Shown here one piece after another: positions 17,925 through 26,432 of a DNA stretch of 30,265 bases; the stretch's first letter is position 1; every line of letters begins with the position of its first letter. The notes below the pieces were generated by a model. The model was not told the DNA's origin. It saw only the letters and a program-made list of their open reading frames with translations, and ran no database searches. The position numbers and the translations under genes were made by a program. This DNA comes from Candidatus Undinarchaeota archaeon (GTDB lineage: Archaea > SpSt-1190). The stretch lies in contig CAZJUS010000008.1 of the NCBI GenBank assembly GCA_964549355.1, forward strand, positions 1-30,265. The letters run 5' to 3'.

Positions 17925-18129
17925 ACACCTTCACCTTCTGCCTGAGCAGCTTCCGAGAAACCTGCGAAGTGAGGTTCTTGTGCGCCCTGTTGGTCCTCCT
18001 GCCGAAAACCTCCTTCCCGCTGAAACCGCCTGCTTTCGGCTTGCGCTTCTTGGCCGGAGCCCTGCAGGCAACCCTGCCACCGGGGGTCCGAACCTTCATT
18101 TTTTTCACTCTTCTTTCTGCAGGACGCAT
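17914..18129 (-). CDS. rpl34e: 50S ribosomal protein L34e (zinc-ligand-less form)
   Basis: MRP...VRTPGGR motif, synteny between DUF106 and rpl14e, SD-like GAGGT before ATG 18129. Confidence 0.8.
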   Translation of the reverse strand: MRPAERRVKKMKVRTPGGRVACRAPAKKRKPKAGGFSGKEVFGRRTNRAHKNLTSQVSRKLLRQKVKVYDE

Positions 18130-18158
18130 CCAACTACCTCTTTTCACTCATTTTAAAT

Positions 18159-18548
18159 TTATCTGTAGAGTATTTTCTTTGCCAGCGATTCCGCAACAAT
18201 GCTCGCGGGGATGCCCAAAAGCATGAACGTGCCGAACCATCCAAGAGTCCAATTCACCACCGGAATCGTAAAGGTCACTTCCGCGTATTTCCACTTGATG
18301 AACATAATAACGCCGATGATAATCGGGAACAGATAAAGCTGGATTTTGAAAGTCCTCTTCATCTTCTTCATATTCAGCGCGTTCATAGCCTTCAGCGCTT
18401 TTTGATCCCCTGCCTTGGCCTTCTCCATCTCCTTCTGGATTTCATCATCCAGGTCCCTCAGCTCCTTCCCCCCAAGTTTTTTCATGAGGAAAGTCACCAC
18501 AAACATATACCCAACCACAATGGCTGAGAAAGTCAACAGTTCATTCAT
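18159..18548 (-). CDS. DUF106/EMC3/TMCO1 (Oxa1-superfamily, Ylp1-like) membrane protein
   Basis: TM, coiled coil, then two TMs, with LGWFG..Y-like motif; canonical position after secY. Confidence 0.8.
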   Translation of the reverse strand: MNELLTFSAIVVGYMFVVTFLMKKLGGKELRDLDDEIQKEMEKAKAGDQKALKAMNALNMKKMKRTFKIQLYLFPIIIGVIMFIKWKYAEVTFTIPVVNWTLGWFGTFMLLGIPASIVAESLAKKILYR

Positions 18549-19963
18549 TTGAAGCCCTCCGTAAAGAAGCCCCGCACCGCGGGACTCATATCCATGGCGT
18601 ACTGTGTAACTATAGTCTCATACGCTTTATAGATTATCATGACCGACAGCAGTATTCCTGTCCCCCGCGACAGCACACTGGTAAAGTCGGAAAACGCAGC
18701 CAGCAGACCTACGGCAATGGCCCCGAGGTCTGTGAGATACGGTATGTATCTGTCGAGCACCTTCTTGAGTATGCGCGGGTCGCGCCTGAAGCCGGGGATG
18801 CCGAAGCCGGAGCCTTGAATCTGCTTGGCCACCGACTTTGAGTCCATATTGGAGGTATAAACCCAGAACCGGGCGAACATGATGGAGCCCAGGCTCATGA
18901 TTACAGTGTACGCAAAGGCGCGCAGTAGCATTGCCCGGAAGACGCCCCCGGCGACAACCCCCTTGAAGAAATTGAGCGGGCTGAAGATTATGTAATAAAT
19001 CAGATTCCGGGGCGGGACGAACATCATAATCAGGCCGCCCATAGGCTGGCCAGTCGCATCAAAGCTCCCAAAAAAGGTCAGACCCCTGCCTGCAAGTATG
19101 CGCGCCACCATCTCCAGATTGGCTATGAGGGCTGCCGTAAAAATTACAGGGATATTGGAAGTGTAGAACAGGCTGAGTGGCCAGCGGGTGACCGAGCCCC
19201 TCACTCTGGCAAAGCTGAGGGGTATTTCGACTTTCATGCCGTTGGCATACACAACAAGGGCGAAGACGAGCAGGGTGAAGATGATTGGTATCATTGCCGT
19301 CAGGGCAGAGCTCGGGTCGCCGGCCCCTATGTATTTGAGGGCCGCCCAGAACTTGCCGGTGGGCATCTCAGGATTCTGCGGATTGGCTGCAGGGCTGAAA
19401 GCTGAGGTTACTATCTGGCTGCTGACTCCGGCTGCAATGAAAAGGCTGATGCCTGAAAGGAAGCCCCAGCGTGAGCTGATTTGGTCCAGGAAGACCAGCA
19501 GGTAGGTCCCGAGGCAAAGCTGTAGGATGAGCAGTAGCTTGGCAGCCATGGTCGGGACCTCGGGAGGCAGGCCCCCCATAAACACATAGATGCCTGCTTC
19601 CAGGAGGGTCACCACGAATATTGCAATTTTTTCAATCTGCTCGTATTTTTTCTTGCCCTCCTCCGTCCGGGTGTCAAAGGGGAGCAGGTCTGAACCGACC
19701 AAGAGCTGGAGTATGATGCTTGCGGTGACTATTGGGCCGATACCCAGAGTTATCAAAGAGCCGAAGTTGCCCGCCATGATGGCGCGCACATTCTGGAACT
19801 GGTCGACTGCCCTTGCGGACAGGCCGTGGAGCGGTATATTGCCCAGCAGAAAATAAAGGGCTATTACTATCAAGGTCCATTTGGCCCGCTCATTGAAGCT
19901 GAGCCTGCGTATGGGCTTCCGGACCTCAGGCATTATTCTGCTAAGGGATTCGAGGACCAACAT
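18545..19963 (-). CDS. secY: Preprotein translocase subunit SecY
   Basis: LGIGPIVTASIILQLL, SGISLFIAAG, YTSNIPVI, IPGFRRDPR, GTGILL. Confidence 0.98.
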   Translation of the reverse strand: MLVLESLSRIMPEVRKPIRRLSFNERAKWTLIVIALYFLLGNIPLHGLSARAVDQFQNVRAIMAGNFGSLITLGIGPIVTASIILQLLVGSDLLPFDTRTEEGKKKYEQIEKIAIFVVTLLEAGIYVFMGGLPPEVPTMAAKLLLILQLCLGTYLLVFLDQISSRWGFLSGISLFIAAGVSSQIVTSAFSPAANPQNPEMPTGKFWAALKYIGAGDPSSALTAMIPIIFTLLVFALVVYANGMKVEIPLSFARVRGSVTRWPLSLFYTSNIPVIFTAALIANLEMVARILAGRGLTFFGSFDATGQPMGGLIMMFVPPRNLIYYIIFSPLNFFKGVVAGGVFRAMLLRAFAYTVIMSLGSIMFARFWVYTSNMDSKSVAKQIQGSGFGIPGFRRDPRILKKVLDRYIPYLTDLGAIAVGLLAAFSDFTSVLSRGTGILLSVMIIYKAYETIVTQYAMDMSPAVRGFFTEGFK

Positions 19964-19972
19964 TTCACCTAT

Positions 19973-20434
19973 TTACTTTTCCCCGCCCGCCGGCTCGGGG
20001 CTCTGATTATCAGCAGGCTCCGGCTTGCCGTCTGTAATGGCCCCTCCGGCTGCAGCCACCTTCTGCTCCGCTTTGGCGCTCCATGAAGGGGCGACAACCT
20101 TGATTTTTTTGGTGAGCCTTCCGGAGCCCAGCAGCTTGTCAAAGCCGTGCTCCTTCAGCTTGACGGTGTCCCCGTCATTGAAGTGCTCCTGGAGCCAGCT
20201 GAGATTGACTGCCCTCACGGCGGTTTTCAAACCGCCACGGGTGAAGCCGTATTTGCCGAAGTGGCCCACCTTGCCCCTCCGGCTGCCGATTTTCAGCTTC
20301 CTTTTCCCGCCTTTTATGGTCAAAATCCATTTGCTGTCTTTGACGCCCGCATACCCAGTGCCTCCGCGCCGGCCCCTGCCCCTACGGTGGCTTCCATGGC
20401 CGTGCGTGCGGGTTCCTCTGCCTTTCTTGACCAT
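19973..20434 (-). CDS. rpl15: 50S ribosomal protein L15 (uL15)
   Basis: RGTRTHGHG..RRGRG, FGKYGF, VNL, KLLGSG, SAKAEQKVAAAGG. Confidence 0.93.
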   Translation of the reverse strand: MVKKGRGTRTHGHGSHRRGRGRRGGTGYAGVKDSKWILTIKGGKRKLKIGSRRGKVGHFGKYGFTRGGLKTAVRAVNLSWLQEHFNDGDTVKLKEHGFDKLLGSGRLTKKIKVVAPSWSAKAEQKVAAAGGAITDGKPEPADNQSPEPAGGEK

Positions 20435-20455
20435 ACCCTCTGCTTTTTAGGGCAG

Positions 20456-20507
20456 TTTAAAAGGCTTTTGCCGGATATCCGGCAGGAGCTCAAGCTAATT
20501 TTATATA
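20456..20507. promoter_or_regulatory. Divergent promoter region: rpl15 TATA (20456-20462), perfect palindrome TGCCGGATATCCGGCA (20469-20484), hydrolase TATA (20499-20507)
   Basis: TATA boxes lie 22 and 21 nt from ATG 20434 and ATG 20528; the palindrome was read directly. Confidence 0.6.
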
Positions 20508-20527
20508 TGCCTGCGAAAAAGCAGTCA

Positions 20528-21466
20528 ATGCAGGATTCGCTCTCTCTGCTTATTGAAGAAGGCAAAACGCCGGAGGGCCTATACTTCCGGACATACCGGC
20601 TGGCGGGAGGGGGCGCTCCGTCTGAAAGCCGGCCGACTGTGCTGGTCCACGGCCTGGACTCGAACAGCGACACTATGGTCCTGCCCGCCGATGATTTTGT
20701 AGAAACCGGCAGGAGGAATTTCGCTGAAGGGCTTGCGCCGGAGCTGGCCAGGAAAGGACGCTACGTTGTTGCAGTGGACCTGCCGGGCCACAGCAGGTCT
20801 GCAGGCTATGCCTGCGACTACTCCATGGAAGCCATGGCCGAAAGCATCAGGAACGTCGCGGATTATCTGGAGCTGGAGGGCCGGCTCGATTTCTTCTCAA
20901 GTTGCTACGGCGCCAATGTGGTGCTGAAATTCGCCAAGGAGCATCCCGAAGCCTTCGGCGTTGCCGTCCTCTCGGACCCAGTCATCGGCTTCAAGGCCAT
21001 CCCGAAAAAACGGGTGGTCTCCGCTCTGCTGAAGCTGGAAGCAGTCCTCAAGTATATCCCGGACAAGCTCTTTAATTTCATGGAGTTCTCCAGGAAGGTG
21101 CAGGCCAAAACAGAGGAAAAAACAGGAAGCACTGAAGAAGAAGTTGCATGGACCAGAATCGGGCCAGAAAAGCACCTCCCGAACAAGACAGCTTTCAGGA
21201 TTATGCACGGCCTCAGGGCATTTGAAAAGGAGCTCTACGGCGGAAGCCTGCCCTACCTTGAAGGGAGCGATATCGCAGTCAAATACGTGGGGAACAGCAG
21301 CTACCCCCGGAGGGACGACTTGGAGGCCATCCTCGGCAGAGCTTCAATCGGCGAATACGGCTTCACCAGCAACCACCATGCGCAGATGCACCCGGACTGC
21401 CCCGGCGAGGTCCATGAAACTTTGGAGCTGCTTTCAGAAGCCAAGTATTGTATTCCAGGTAAATAA
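20528..21466 (+). CDS. Alpha/beta-fold hydrolase with apparent Cys nucleophile
   Basis: VLVHGL, VAVDLPGHS, elbow FSSCYGA, C-terminal NHH. Start at ATG 20528 from TATA spacing (ATG 20507 is an alternative). Confidence 0.85.
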   Translation: MQDSLSLLIEEGKTPEGLYFRTYRLAGGGAPSESRPTVLVHGLDSNSDTMVLPADDFVETGRRNFAEGLAPELARKGRYVVAVDLPGHSRSAGYACDYSMEAMAESIRNVADYLELEGRLDFFSSCYGANVVLKFAKEHPEAFGVAVLSDPVIGFKAIPKKRVVSALLKLEAVLKYIPDKLFNFMEFSRKVQAKTEEKTGSTEEEVAWTRIGPEKHLPNKTAFRIMHGLRAFEKELYGGSLPYLEGSDIAVKYVGNSSYPRRDDLEAILGRASIGEYGFTSNHHAQMHPDCPGEVHETLELLSEAKYCIPGK

Positions 21467-21530
21467 TTTATGACTTTTCAGTAGTTAAATTATCCTAAAT
21501 TTTATAAACACCAAACTAAGGGATAACGGC

Positions 21531-22244
21531 ATGGTGCCTGCATTTAATGACCTAAATGAGGAAGCAGAAGGCCACTTCTACATTCTGGCCGGGAGAACAA
21601 TGCCCATGCTGGCCGAATTTAAAAAAGACCCTTCGGGGGATCCTGAGCATAATAAATATGTGCTGTGTGAGGATGGAGCTATGATAGGCCCCCTGCTCTA
21701 CGGTGCGGGCCTTCATGTTGCACCCCCAGGTATTGGAAAATTTGAAATATACGCACCTATCATGCCTGGGTCAATTGACAAATTCAACGGTCCGACAGCC
21801 TACAAAAAGATCGGAGAAGTTGATTATATAGAAAAGAATATTGAAGCATTCAATTTGGTAGAACTCCCTAATGAAGGAAGCGACTCAGACATGGTGCAGT
21901 ATGGCCGGTTGGCATTCACAGATTTCAAAGAAAAAGTGTTGGTCACGCAGGATACCAATAGGTATTACCATTTTATGAAGGACGGGAGCTTCGAATCAAC
22001 TATATCAGGAAGGGAGGATGCAGATATGGCAGATGCCTACAAATTAATCCACAGTCAAGAGTTGCCGGTGTTCGCAGATGTCCTGATCGCCCTGACAAAA
22101 AAAATAGGACATGATAAAATTTTTGTCAGATATGTCAATGGCGAGGACACTCCCTATGGAATCACCATCAGCACTGTAGATTTGGGCAAACGCGGTGCAA
22201 GAACAAAAATCTATGCTTCAAGAATCACAGATTATCTTGAATAG
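21531..22244 (+). CDS. Hypothetical acidic protein (237 aa); C-terminus reminiscent of PCNA
   Basis: Clean ORF with its own TATA (TTTATAAA, 21501-21508); no confident family. Confidence 0.75.
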   Translation: MVPAFNDLNEEAEGHFYILAGRTMPMLAEFKKDPSGDPEHNKYVLCEDGAMIGPLLYGAGLHVAPPGIGKFEIYAPIMPGSIDKFNGPTAYKKIGEVDYIEKNIEAFNLVELPNEGSDSDMVQYGRLAFTDFKEKVLVTQDTNRYYHFMKDGSFESTISGREDADMADAYKLIHSQELPVFADVLIALTKKIGHDKIFVRYVNGEDTPYGITISTVDLGKRGARTKIYASRITDYLE

Positions 22245-22605
22245 GCAGCATCTTCAGTATCCAGCTGTATATGTCCTTCTGCTTCCCCAGGTTGCCGTGG
22301 GGCCTCTGCTTCTTGATGGACTTGTAGCCACCCCGGGGGGGAAGCAGATGAGCCCACTTGATGGCCTTCCCGCCTTCAAACTTGACGCCCTTCGCCTTGA
22401 GGTCTTCGACTATGGTGTCCGGGACCCTGCCCCACATGGTGTGGTTGCTCACAATCTTGACCATGCCTTGGAACTCGGGAGTGTCGGGCACAACCACAAG
22501 CGTCTGCTGTCTGTCCAGCTTGAGAAGCTCAAGCGTCTTCTTTATGTCCGGCTTGAGATTCACTTTGCCCCTGATCCTGACTACTGCAAGTTTGGCCACC
22601 ATCAC
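22225..22605 (-). CDS. rpl30: 50S ribosomal protein L30 (uL30)
   Basis: AVVRIRG...KTLELLKL...GM, LLPPRGGYK.IK. Confidence 0.93.
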   Translation of the reverse strand: MMVAKLAVVRIRGKVNLKPDIKKTLELLKLDRQQTLVVVPDTPEFQGMVKIVSNHTMWGRVPDTIVEDLKAKGVKFEGGKAIKWAHLLPPRGGYKSIKKQRPHGNLGKQKDIYSWILKMLPIQDNL

Positions 22606-23330
22606 TCAACACCTCCATGCTTCTTGTAGCCGTCCGGCATATCAACAATGACTGTTTTTTTGAGAGCGTCAATAACCGCATACGCGTAATTCATCCGGGT
22701 GCGGGTGTGGTTGAAAGTCTTTGCCCAGACATCCCTGATGCCTGCCAGCTTCAGTATCTTTTTGGCGTCGTCCCCAATGACTGTGCCGGTCCCTCTCGGG
22801 GCAGGCTTCAGGATTACGCGGACTGAGCCCGCCTTGCCCTCCACCTGGAACGGCAGGCTGTGTGGCTGCCGGCAACCGCATTCCCAGTCGCCGCACCCCC
22901 TCTTGATTTTGAAAATATTCCTCTTGGCGTTTATGACCGACCTCTGGCGGGCCATCAAGCTCTCCCTGCTGCATCCCCTGCCGATGCCGACATAGCCGTT
23001 GCCGTTGCCGACGACGGCCAGGAAAGTGTACTTGTTCCGGGAGCCCTCGCGGACTTTCTTCTGCGTCCGTTTGAAATGGCGCCTCTGCCCGCCCCCGAAC
23101 TTGCCTTTGGCCTGGCCGATATTGATGAAGATAGGTTCAAGACCGGGAAGCAGGGCATCCACTATCTCCGCTTCAGTAATCTTCAGGCCCCTGTCCAAAA
23201 TCTCATCAAGGGATGTTATCTCGCCGGCTTTCACAGCGCGCCCCAGCCGGGTTTTTGGGATCCATTCCGGAGCGGGCTCTTCCCTTCTTTTCCTAAACCC
23301 CCCCCGCCTTCTTGGATTTCCATTAGACAT
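22602..23330 (-). CDS. rps5: 30S ribosomal protein S5 (uS5)
   Basis: WIPKTRLGR, VVGNGNGYVG, RGCGDWEC, PAPRGTG, LAGIRDVW. Confidence 0.97.
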   Translation of the reverse strand: MSNGNPRRRGGFRKRREEPAPEWIPKTRLGRAVKAGEITSLDEILDRGLKITEAEIVDALLPGLEPIFINIGQAKGKFGGGQRRHFKRTQKKVREGSRNKYTFLAVVGNGNGYVGIGRGCSRESLMARQRSVINAKRNIFKIKRGCGDWECGCRQPHSLPFQVEGKAGSVRVILKPAPRGTGTVIGDDAKKILKLAGIRDVWAKTFNHTRTRMNYAYAVIDALKKTVIVDMPDGYKKHGGVE

Positions 23331-23813
23331 TCATTTCACCTTCAATTTAACTGCTTCAACTTGTTTTTCAATGCTTTCGCTGATATGCCTGCCCTTGAGC
23401 CTGTCCTCCGAAGGGAACATGCCCTCATCGCAGGGAATCTGGAGGCCTGCATCCCTTGCACCTTTGACCACCGCAAATATCTTGTTGCCTTTGGTTGAAG
23501 AATGCATGCCCATGTCCAGGACGGCGTCGGCAATCCTGTGCTTCCTGGCGCGGACTCCAACCAAGTAGCCGACCAGGTAGGCTGCAGGCACATTGGCCCC
23601 TCCCTGCCAGCCGAACTCTCTGCGGAGCTGGACCAGATCGGCCGAAGCCATCACCTCATCCCCTTCCGGCAGGTAGTTGACAATCTGGGCTGTGATGTTG
23701 TTGGAAGTCTTCCGGACAACAAGGCGGAGCCTGCGGGATTTCAGCAAATTCAGCCGGACCTTGTAGTCCGTCCTGCCCTCCCTCCTCCTTTTGAACCTGA
23801 TCCTCCGCTTCAT
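23331..23813 (-). CDS. rpl18: 50S ribosomal protein L18 (uL18)
   Basis: RRREGRTDYKVRL, RLVVRKTS, NVPAAYLVG, KGARDAGL. Confidence 0.96.
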   Translation of the reverse strand: MKRRIRFKRRREGRTDYKVRLNLLKSRRLRLVVRKTSNNITAQIVNYLPEGDEVMASADLVQLRREFGWQGGANVPAAYLVGYLVGVRARKHRIADAVLDMGMHSSTKGNKIFAVVKGARDAGLQIPCDEGMFPSEDRLKGRHISESIEKQVEAVKLKVK

Positions 23814-24262
23814 ATTTCACCCCTCTTCTTCATCTGTTCGACGCTGGTCCTTAAGTGGCCTTTGTCCCTAAAAGCATTCCCTTTTGCCATCCGGTAGAGC
23901 TTCCGGTAGGCCTGCCTGGTGACTTCGCCCGCAGTCTTGAGCGCGCGGAGCAGTTTCCTCTGGGCTCGGATTTTCAGCATCCATCTGTCCTTCTTTTTGA
24001 AGCGTGCGCCGGCAGTCCCCTTCCTTTTGCCGGGGCCCCTCCTCAAGCCCTTCCGTTTCTTGAACATGCGTATATTTGCACGCGCCCGGCTGACGCCTTT
24101 GGCCTGCCTCTTGCTTATCGCCCCTTCAGAAATCAGCTTGCGTATGTCTTCGCGGGTTATGGCCTGCGAGATTTTGTCCAGCTGGCCGGGGTCAAACCGC
24201 ACCCTCTCTGAACCGCATTTCAGCAAATCACCCGCCAGCCTTCTTTGAGTCCTGAGCTTCAT
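23810..24262 (-). CDS. rpl19e: 50S ribosomal protein L19e
   Basis: LRTQRRLA..LLKCG..RV.FDP, AITREDIR, GPGKRKG..AR, YRKLYRMAKG. Confidence 0.97.
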   Translation of the reverse strand: MKLRTQRRLAGDLLKCGSERVRFDPGQLDKISQAITREDIRKLISEGAISKRQAKGVSRARANIRMFKKRKGLRRGPGKRKGTAGARFKKKDRWMLKIRAQRKLLRALKTAGEVTRQAYRKLYRMAKGNAFRDKGHLRTSVEQMKKRGEI

Positions 24263-24690
24263 TGTTCAACCCCCTTTTTCCCGGTTGCTTCCTTTGTTTT
24301 TGATTTTTCTTTCTTTGTTTTTGATTTTTTCGATTCTGCCTTCGGCTGTGTTTTGGGCAGGGACTGGACGACCCTCAAGCCCATCTCCCTGGCTTTCTTG
24401 AAGATGGTCCTGCGTTTTCTGCGGCCGACTGTGCTGGCAATCCTGACTATGTATTTGGAATTGAGGCCTTTCAAGCCTTCAACATTAAAGACCCGGGTCT
24501 CAATGAGGCCGGTCGGGTGCAGATGTCTCTTGGCAGTCTCCCTGCGGTAGCCTACGGAGGGCATCAGCAGTTTGCCACGCGCCCTCTGCCTCATCGGATT
24601 TTTGTGCCCCCGGGGCTTCCTCCACTTGAGAGTTTTGCCGAGCTTCTTGTACTTCCAAAAATGCTGTCGCCTGAACTCCTTACTCATCAA
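24259..24690 (-). CDS. rpl32e: 50S ribosomal protein L32e with Lys-rich tail
   Basis: FRRQ, WRKPRG, GY, HPTG, IASTVGRRKR. Confidence 0.95.
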   Translation of the reverse strand: MMSKEFRRQHFWKYKKLGKTLKWRKPRGHKNPMRQRARGKLLMPSVGYRRETAKRHLHPTGLIETRVFNVEGLKGLNSKYIVRIASTVGRRKRRTIFKKAREMGLRVVQSLPKTQPKAESKKSKTKKEKSKTKEATGKKGVEQ

Positions 24691-25225
24691 TCACACCTCG
24701 CTTGACAATATATATTCCGTCCCGGAAAACCCTGCGGTCCTTATTCCTGATCTGTTTTTTAGTTGACTGTTCAATTCTTGCAGCAGTCTGGCTGACGGAT
24801 TCCAAATTCATGCCTTCAACAAAAATCTGCCTGCCCCCTTTCTGGAGCTCCACTTTGACATCAGGATATTTCTTTGTGAACACATCAGCCTTCCCACCGA
24901 TAAAGTTGCTGATTTTTATGTTGTCTCCCTCTATTGAAACCCGAATAGGAAAGTGAACATTGAACACATCAAGAACATAACGGAAGCCTTTAGTGACACC
25001 AAGGACCATATTATTCACATGAGCACATGCAGTATGAAGCATTGCCTTGCCTCTTTTCCCTTCAGTTGAGGCGGAAATTGTAATTTCTTTTTCAGCAACT
25101 GAAAAGTGAACAAGAGGCATTTTGGAAAAGTCTCTCTTTAATTCACCGAGGGGCCCGGACAAAACCAAAGTCTTGCCCTCAACGCGGGCATTCACTGCAT
25201 CTGGAAGTTTCACTTTCTTTTCCAT
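24680..25225 (-). CDS. rpl6: 50S ribosomal protein L6 (uL6)
   Basis: GPLGEL, NMVLGVTKGF, HFPI, NFIG, VSQTAARIEQ, DRRVFRDGIYI. Confidence 0.97.
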   Translation of the reverse strand: MEKKVKLPDAVNARVEGKTLVLSGPLGELKRDFSKMPLVHFSVAEKEITISASTEGKRGKAMLHTACAHVNNMVLGVTKGFRYVLDVFNVHFPIRVSIEGDNIKISNFIGGKADVFTKKYPDVKVELQKGGRQIFVEGMNLESVSQTAARIEQSTKKQIRNKDRRVFRDGIYIVKRGVIDE

Positions 25226-25237
25226 CTTTCGCCCCCC

Positions 25238-25627
25238 TTAGTAAACATAAGCTACAAGCTTTCCCCCAACTCCTTTCTTTTTTGCATCTGCATGCGTCAT
25301 GACGCCTTTATTGGTTGAAACTATAATGACCCCAAATCCTTCAGCAGGCAGGAATCTGCGCTCCCATTTCACAAATTCGTCCTTCTTGACTGCAAAACGG
25401 GGTTTAATGGCACCGCATTTGTTTATCCTTTTTGACAGCATGATATGATACAATCCCCCTCTGCCGTCTTCAATCATCTCAAAATCCTTAATATAATTAT
25501 TTTCCTTGAAAATCATAAGCACTTTGGTCATCAATTTTCCGATTGGTTTGAAGGTCATTTCGGTTTTGCCAATTCGGACCGCATTCTTTACGGCAACCAG
25601 GAGATTTGCAAGCGCATCATTCATCAT
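25238..25627 (-). CDS. rps8: 30S ribosomal protein S8 (uS8)
   Basis: DALAN, INKCGAIKPRF, FLPA..FG.IIVST..GVMTH, GGKLVAYVY. Confidence 0.98.
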   Translation of the reverse strand: MMNDALANLLVAVKNAVRIGKTEMTFKPIGKLMTKVLMIFKENNYIKDFEMIEDGRGGLYHIMLSKRINKCGAIKPRFAVKKDEFVKWERRFLPAEGFGVIIVSTNKGVMTHADAKKKGVGGKLVAYVY

Positions 25628-25643
25628 TTTTATTCACCATTAT

Positions 25644-25868
25644 TTATCGATATTTTTTGAACCCGAGCAGGGGGGCAATTTCTCTGAAGCACTGCCTGCA
25701 AAAATTCAGACCAAAGCTTCTTATGTGCCCCTCATACCTGCCGCACCGGTCACACCTTCTCGCACCTATTCCAAATTTGCGATTCACTCTATTCTTGTGA
25801 GTGGTCTTTTTCACATGCTTATTCCCGTATTTCCTTCTCAACTCTCTCAATCTTGGAACGGTAGTCAT
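25644..25868 (-). CDS. rps14: 30S ribosomal protein S14 (zinc-binding type)
   Basis: CDRC...CRQCFRE.A..LGFKKY. Confidence 0.95.
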   Translation of the reverse strand: MTTVPRLRELRRKYGNKHVKKTTHKNRVNRKFGIGARRCDRCGRYEGHIRSFGLNFCRQCFREIAPLLGFKKYR

Positions 25869-26431
25869 TCTGGTTTCACCTTCTCTTCAATTTCAACTCC
25901 AAATTTTTTAGAGATGAATTCCATAGCTTCTTTCTTTGTCAACAGATGTTTCGCGCCCACCTTGGATGCTTTCACTTTCCGGTATTTGACGCGGTATCCT
26001 TTCCGCCCCAAATTTACGCAAACATCCATGCCGAACATCCCCAAATGGGGGTCGTATTTCATTCCGGGGAGGTCGCCGTAATCCTTGATTCCGAATGAAA
26101 AATTGCCTGTTTCATCAAAATTCGCCGCCTTAAGCTTGTTTCCAACTGCAATAAAGGCTTTTTTCAAAAGCTCTTCCGCTTTCCGCCCGCGGACATTCAC
26201 TTTTGCCCCGACCAAAAGCCTGGGCCTCACCCCAAAAGCGGGGATTCGTTTCATGGTCTTGGTCTTGACAATGCTTGCATCAGTGATGCGCTTCAGAAGA
26301 GTTACTGCCTTTTCCAGCTTCTCTCCTCCTTCACCAACTCCGATATTAAATGTAACTTTTCGGATCACCGGCTGAACCATCACATTCGACTTTTTTGGTT
26401 TTATTTGGGATGATTCTGTATGCTCTTCCAT
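25865..26431 (-). CDS. rpl5: 50S ribosomal protein L5 (uL5)
   Basis: [43 protein letters not shown] 26431 follows SD GGTGA just after the rps4e stop. Confidence 0.95.
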   Translation of the reverse strand: MEEHTESSQIKPKKSNVMVQPVIRKVTFNIGVGEGGEKLEKAVTLLKRITDASIVKTKTMKRIPAFGVRPRLLVGAKVNVRGRKAEELLKKAFIAVGNKLKAANFDETGNFSFGIKDYGDLPGMKYDPHLGMFGMDVCVNLGRKGYRVKYRKVKASKVGAKHLLTKKEAMEFISKKFGVEIEEKVKPE

Positions 26432-26432
26432 T

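Noticed and set aside
20147..20506. N-terminal 120 aa of the 439-aa hydrolase ORF call
   Set aside because: Antisense to rpl15 and spans the promoter region
21463..21493. Inverted repeat ATAATTTA...TAAATTAT
   Set aside because: AT-only 8-mer arms in an AT-rich spacer; low information
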